DNA from: an uncultured beta proteobacterium
GTDB lineage: Bacteria > Pseudomonadota > Gammaproteobacteria > Burkholderiales > SG8-41
Assembly: GCA_903933915.1 (NCBI GenBank)
Contig: CAIZLW010000108.1
Span: 2,747-66,746, forward strand
Direction of reading: 5' to 3'
Length of the DNA stretch: 64,000 bases
In this document: one piece after another, positions 61,962-64,000 of the stretch
Layout: every line of letters starts with the position of its first letter
How positions within the stretch are numbered: position 1 is the first letter of the stretch
Translations under genes and position numbers: made by a program
Notes under the pieces: model-generated
Told to the model about the DNA's origin: nothing
Seen by the model: the letters and a program-made list of their open reading frames with translations, nothing else
Databases searched by the model: none

Positions 61962-62906
61962 ATGAAAGCATCACGCATTGCGTCCGCGCTCGGCCTCGCC
62001 ATTGCCGCAGCCTTCCCCGGAGTTTCCTCAGCGCAGCAGATGACACTGATGACCGGCCCACAGGGCGGCGTCTGGGTGCCGCTGGGCGGGCAACTCAAAA
62101 GCATGTGGGAAAAAGCCATCCCCGGCCTGAATATCACCGCGACACCGGGCGCCGGCATCGCCAACGTCCGCGGCGTCGATGAAGGCAAGGCGCAGATCGG
62201 CTTCGGCAACTCCAGCAGCACCGTCGACGGCCTCGCCGGCGTCGCGCCGTATCCGAAAAAGATCACCAAGGTTTGCCAGATGGCCAACCTCTATCCGCAG
62301 TACTTCCAGGTGGTCGCGCTGGCCGACGCCAAGGTCAACACTTTCGCCGACTTCAAGGGCAAATCAGTGGTCACCCAGCCCAAGGGCAACACCGGCGAAC
62401 TGCTGACCGACATCACGCTCAAGCTCAACGGACTCAACTACCAGTCACTGTCGAAAATCAACTTCCAGTCGTACACCGACGCGGTGTCGATGATGAAGGA
62501 CGGCCATGCCCAGGTATTCACACTCGGCACCACCATCCCCGCCTCGTCGGTGATGGACCTCGCCAGCGCGCGCGACATCAACCTGGTGCCGGTGGATGAC
62601 AAGACCATGGCCGCATTGCGCAAGGCCAACCCCGGCTACCAGCGCCTGATCGTCAAGGCCGGCACTTATCCGAAACAGGACAAGGACGTGGCGCAGATCG
62701 GCTATTCGGCACACCTCGTCGTCTCCTGCGACCTGCCCGAGCAGACGGTGTACACCATGACCAAGACCGTGGCCGCCAACGTCAACGACATGGCCTCGGT
62801 GAACAAGGCGATGGCCGGACTCACGCCCAAGGAAATGGCCGCCGACATCGGCGTGCCCTTCCATCCGGGCGCGGCGAAGTTCTACAAGGAAGCCGGAGCA
62901 CTGTAA
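61962..62906 (+). CDS. TAXI-family TRAP transporter solute-binding subunit
   Basis: A signal peptide, TG..GG.......L, the PYPKKITKVCQMANLYPQYFQVV pattern and FHPGA.KFYKEAG at the C-terminus. Confidence 0.85.
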   Translation: MKASRIASALGLAIAAAFPGVSSAQQMTLMTGPQGGVWVPLGGQLKSMWEKAIPGLNITATPGAGIANVRGVDEGKAQIGFGNSSSTVDGLAGVAPYPKKITKVCQMANLYPQYFQVVALADAKVNTFADFKGKSVVTQPKGNTGELLTDITLKLNGLNYQSLSKINFQSYTDAVSMMKDGHAQVFTLGTTIPASSVMDLASARDINLVPVDDKTMAALRKANPGYQRLIVKAGTYPKQDKDVAQIGYSAHLVVSCDLPEQTVYTMTKTVAANVNDMASVNKAMAGLTPKEMAADIGVPFHPGAAKFYKEAGAL

Positions 62907-62975
62907 GACCCAGCGCTTTGCAGTCTCCACGGGGCGGCGCAAGCCGCCCCGTTCCACATCCAGCCGGGGAACTCG

Positions 62976-64000
62976 ATGACTTCCGCAGAAAAAGAACTGA
63001 CAATCAAAGTCAAGTCCGACGAAAAAGAAGCCACTGCACCGCAAAGCGCGATGCTGAAAGCAGTGGTCGCGATCATCGCCATCGCGATGTCGCTGTACCA
63101 CATGTACGTCGCCGGCTTCGGCCCGCCCGAAGCAATGATCTTCCGCGGCACCCATCTGCTGTTTGCACTGACGCTGGTGTTCCTGCTCTACCCGCTCAAA
63201 CCCGGCGGCGGCTGGCAGTGGCGCGTCCTCGACGCGGTGATGCTGCTCGCAGCATGGGCGTTCATTTTCCACATCTTCCTGAACTACCAGGCCATCACCA
63301 ATCGCATCATCTACATCGACGACCTGACGCAGATGGACAAGTTCTACACCGTCGTCGCCGTGCTGATCATCCTCGAAGCCACGCGCCGCGTGCTCGGCTG
63401 GGCCTTGCCGCTGACCGCGCTGGCCTTTCTCGTCTACGCATTGGGTTTTACCAATGTCGCAACGCCGGTATTGATGGAACAGCTCTATCTGTCCACCGAA
63501 GGCATTTTCGGTTCGACGCTGGGTGTGTCGGCCTCGTACGTGATGCTGTTCGTGCTTTTCGGCGCGTTCATGGAAAAAAGCGGCACCGGCCAGTTGTTCA
63601 TGGATTTCGCACTGTCGATCACCGGCCACACCGCCGGCGGCCCTGGCAAAGTCGCGGTGGTCAGTTCCAGCCTGTTCGGCACAGTCTCCGGCTCCGCCGT
63701 TGCCAACGTCATGGTCGACGGCCCGATGACCATCCCGCTGATGAAACGCACCGGCTTCCGGCCGCCCTTTGCCGCTGCGGTTGAGGCCACCGCCTCCACC
63801 GGTGGACAGATCATGCCGCCAGTGATGGGCGCCGCGGCGTTCGTGATGGCGGAATTCCTCGCCGTGCCCTATGCCACGGTCGCGTTGTGGGCGGTGATCC
63901 CCGCCATACTCTATTACCTCGCAGTGTTTTTCGCGGTGCATTTCGAAGCCAAGCGCTACGGCCTGCACGGCGTACCCAAAAACGAACTGCCGGTGCTCGG
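62976..64000 (+). CDS. TRAP transporter fused permease (TAXI-associated, DctQM-like), 3-prime end beyond the window
   Basis: Hand translation from ATG 62976 gives MTSAEKELTIKVKSDEKEATAPQSAMLKAVVAIIAIAMSLYHMYVAGFGPPEAMIFRGTHLLFALTLVFLLYPL.... The frame stays open to the window end. It is absent from the ORF track because it is open-ended. Confidence 0.8.
   Translation, partial: MTSAEKELTIKVKSDEKEATAPQSAMLKAVVAIIAIAMSLYHMYVAGFGPPEAMIFRGTHLLFALTLVFLLYPLKPGGGWQWRVLDAVMLLAAWAFIFHIFLNYQAITNRIIYIDDLTQMDKFYTVVAVLIILEATRRVLGWALPLTALAFLVYALGFTNVATPVLMEQLYLSTEGIFGSTLGVSASYVMLFVLFGAFMEKSGTGQLFMDFALSITGHTAGGPGKVAVVSSSLFGTVSGSAVANVMVDGPMTIPLMKRTGFRPPFAAAVEATASTGGQIMPPVMGAAAFVMAEFLAVPYATVALWAVIPAILYYLAVFFAVHFEAKRYGLHGVPKNELPVL

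Overview
This is a GC-rich chromosomal window that looks betaproteobacterial, probably Burkholderiales-like. The basis is three Bug/TctC-type solute-binding genes, nadE-glnB linkage and trxB...ftsK-lolA-rarA...serS synteny; it is not a database hit. Most of it is ordinary housekeeping and organic-acid catabolism. It includes an Fe(3+) ABC system, mltB, tRNA-Ser(CGA), glnB, nadE, gcdH and amtB. It also has a MacAB-like efflux operon, a MoxR/VWA/MocA maturation cluster, hyi and a TAXI-TRAP transporter.

The standout is a pair of paralogous selenoprotein modules that the ORF track splits at in-frame TGA codons. In both loci the TGA sits in a U-G-S-C motif, and a stable hairpin starts exactly 11 nt downstream, which is SECIS-like spacing. 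In locus 1 (14744..13147, minus strand) a 181-codon UGSC protein is translationally coupled by an ATGA overlap to a 351-aa uncharacterised protein. That operon follows a Bug binding-protein gene. In locus 2 (20106..18403, minus strand) the same two modules are fused into one 567-codon selenoprotein. It sits beside an HpcH-type aldolase, a D-tartrate-dehydratase-like enolase-superfamily enzyme and an SDR. I read this as an uncharacterised selenocysteine-dependent, probably redox, two-module system tied to carboxylic-acid metabolism.

Secondary observations:
- A recurring AT-rich motif with a 19-nt core and at least 4 near-identical copies.
- A 14-bp x6 tandem repeat that starts inside the stop codon of a VWA gene.
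- A roughly 300-bp REP/MITE-like palindromic element inside the efflux operon.
- An oppositely oriented permease gene within the iron ABC cluster.
- A visibly AT-richer 5.4-kb catabolic cluster that duplicates neighbouring functions.
- Small orphan genes next to tRNA-Ser.

No CRISPR array, rRNA, transposase or integrase was seen.
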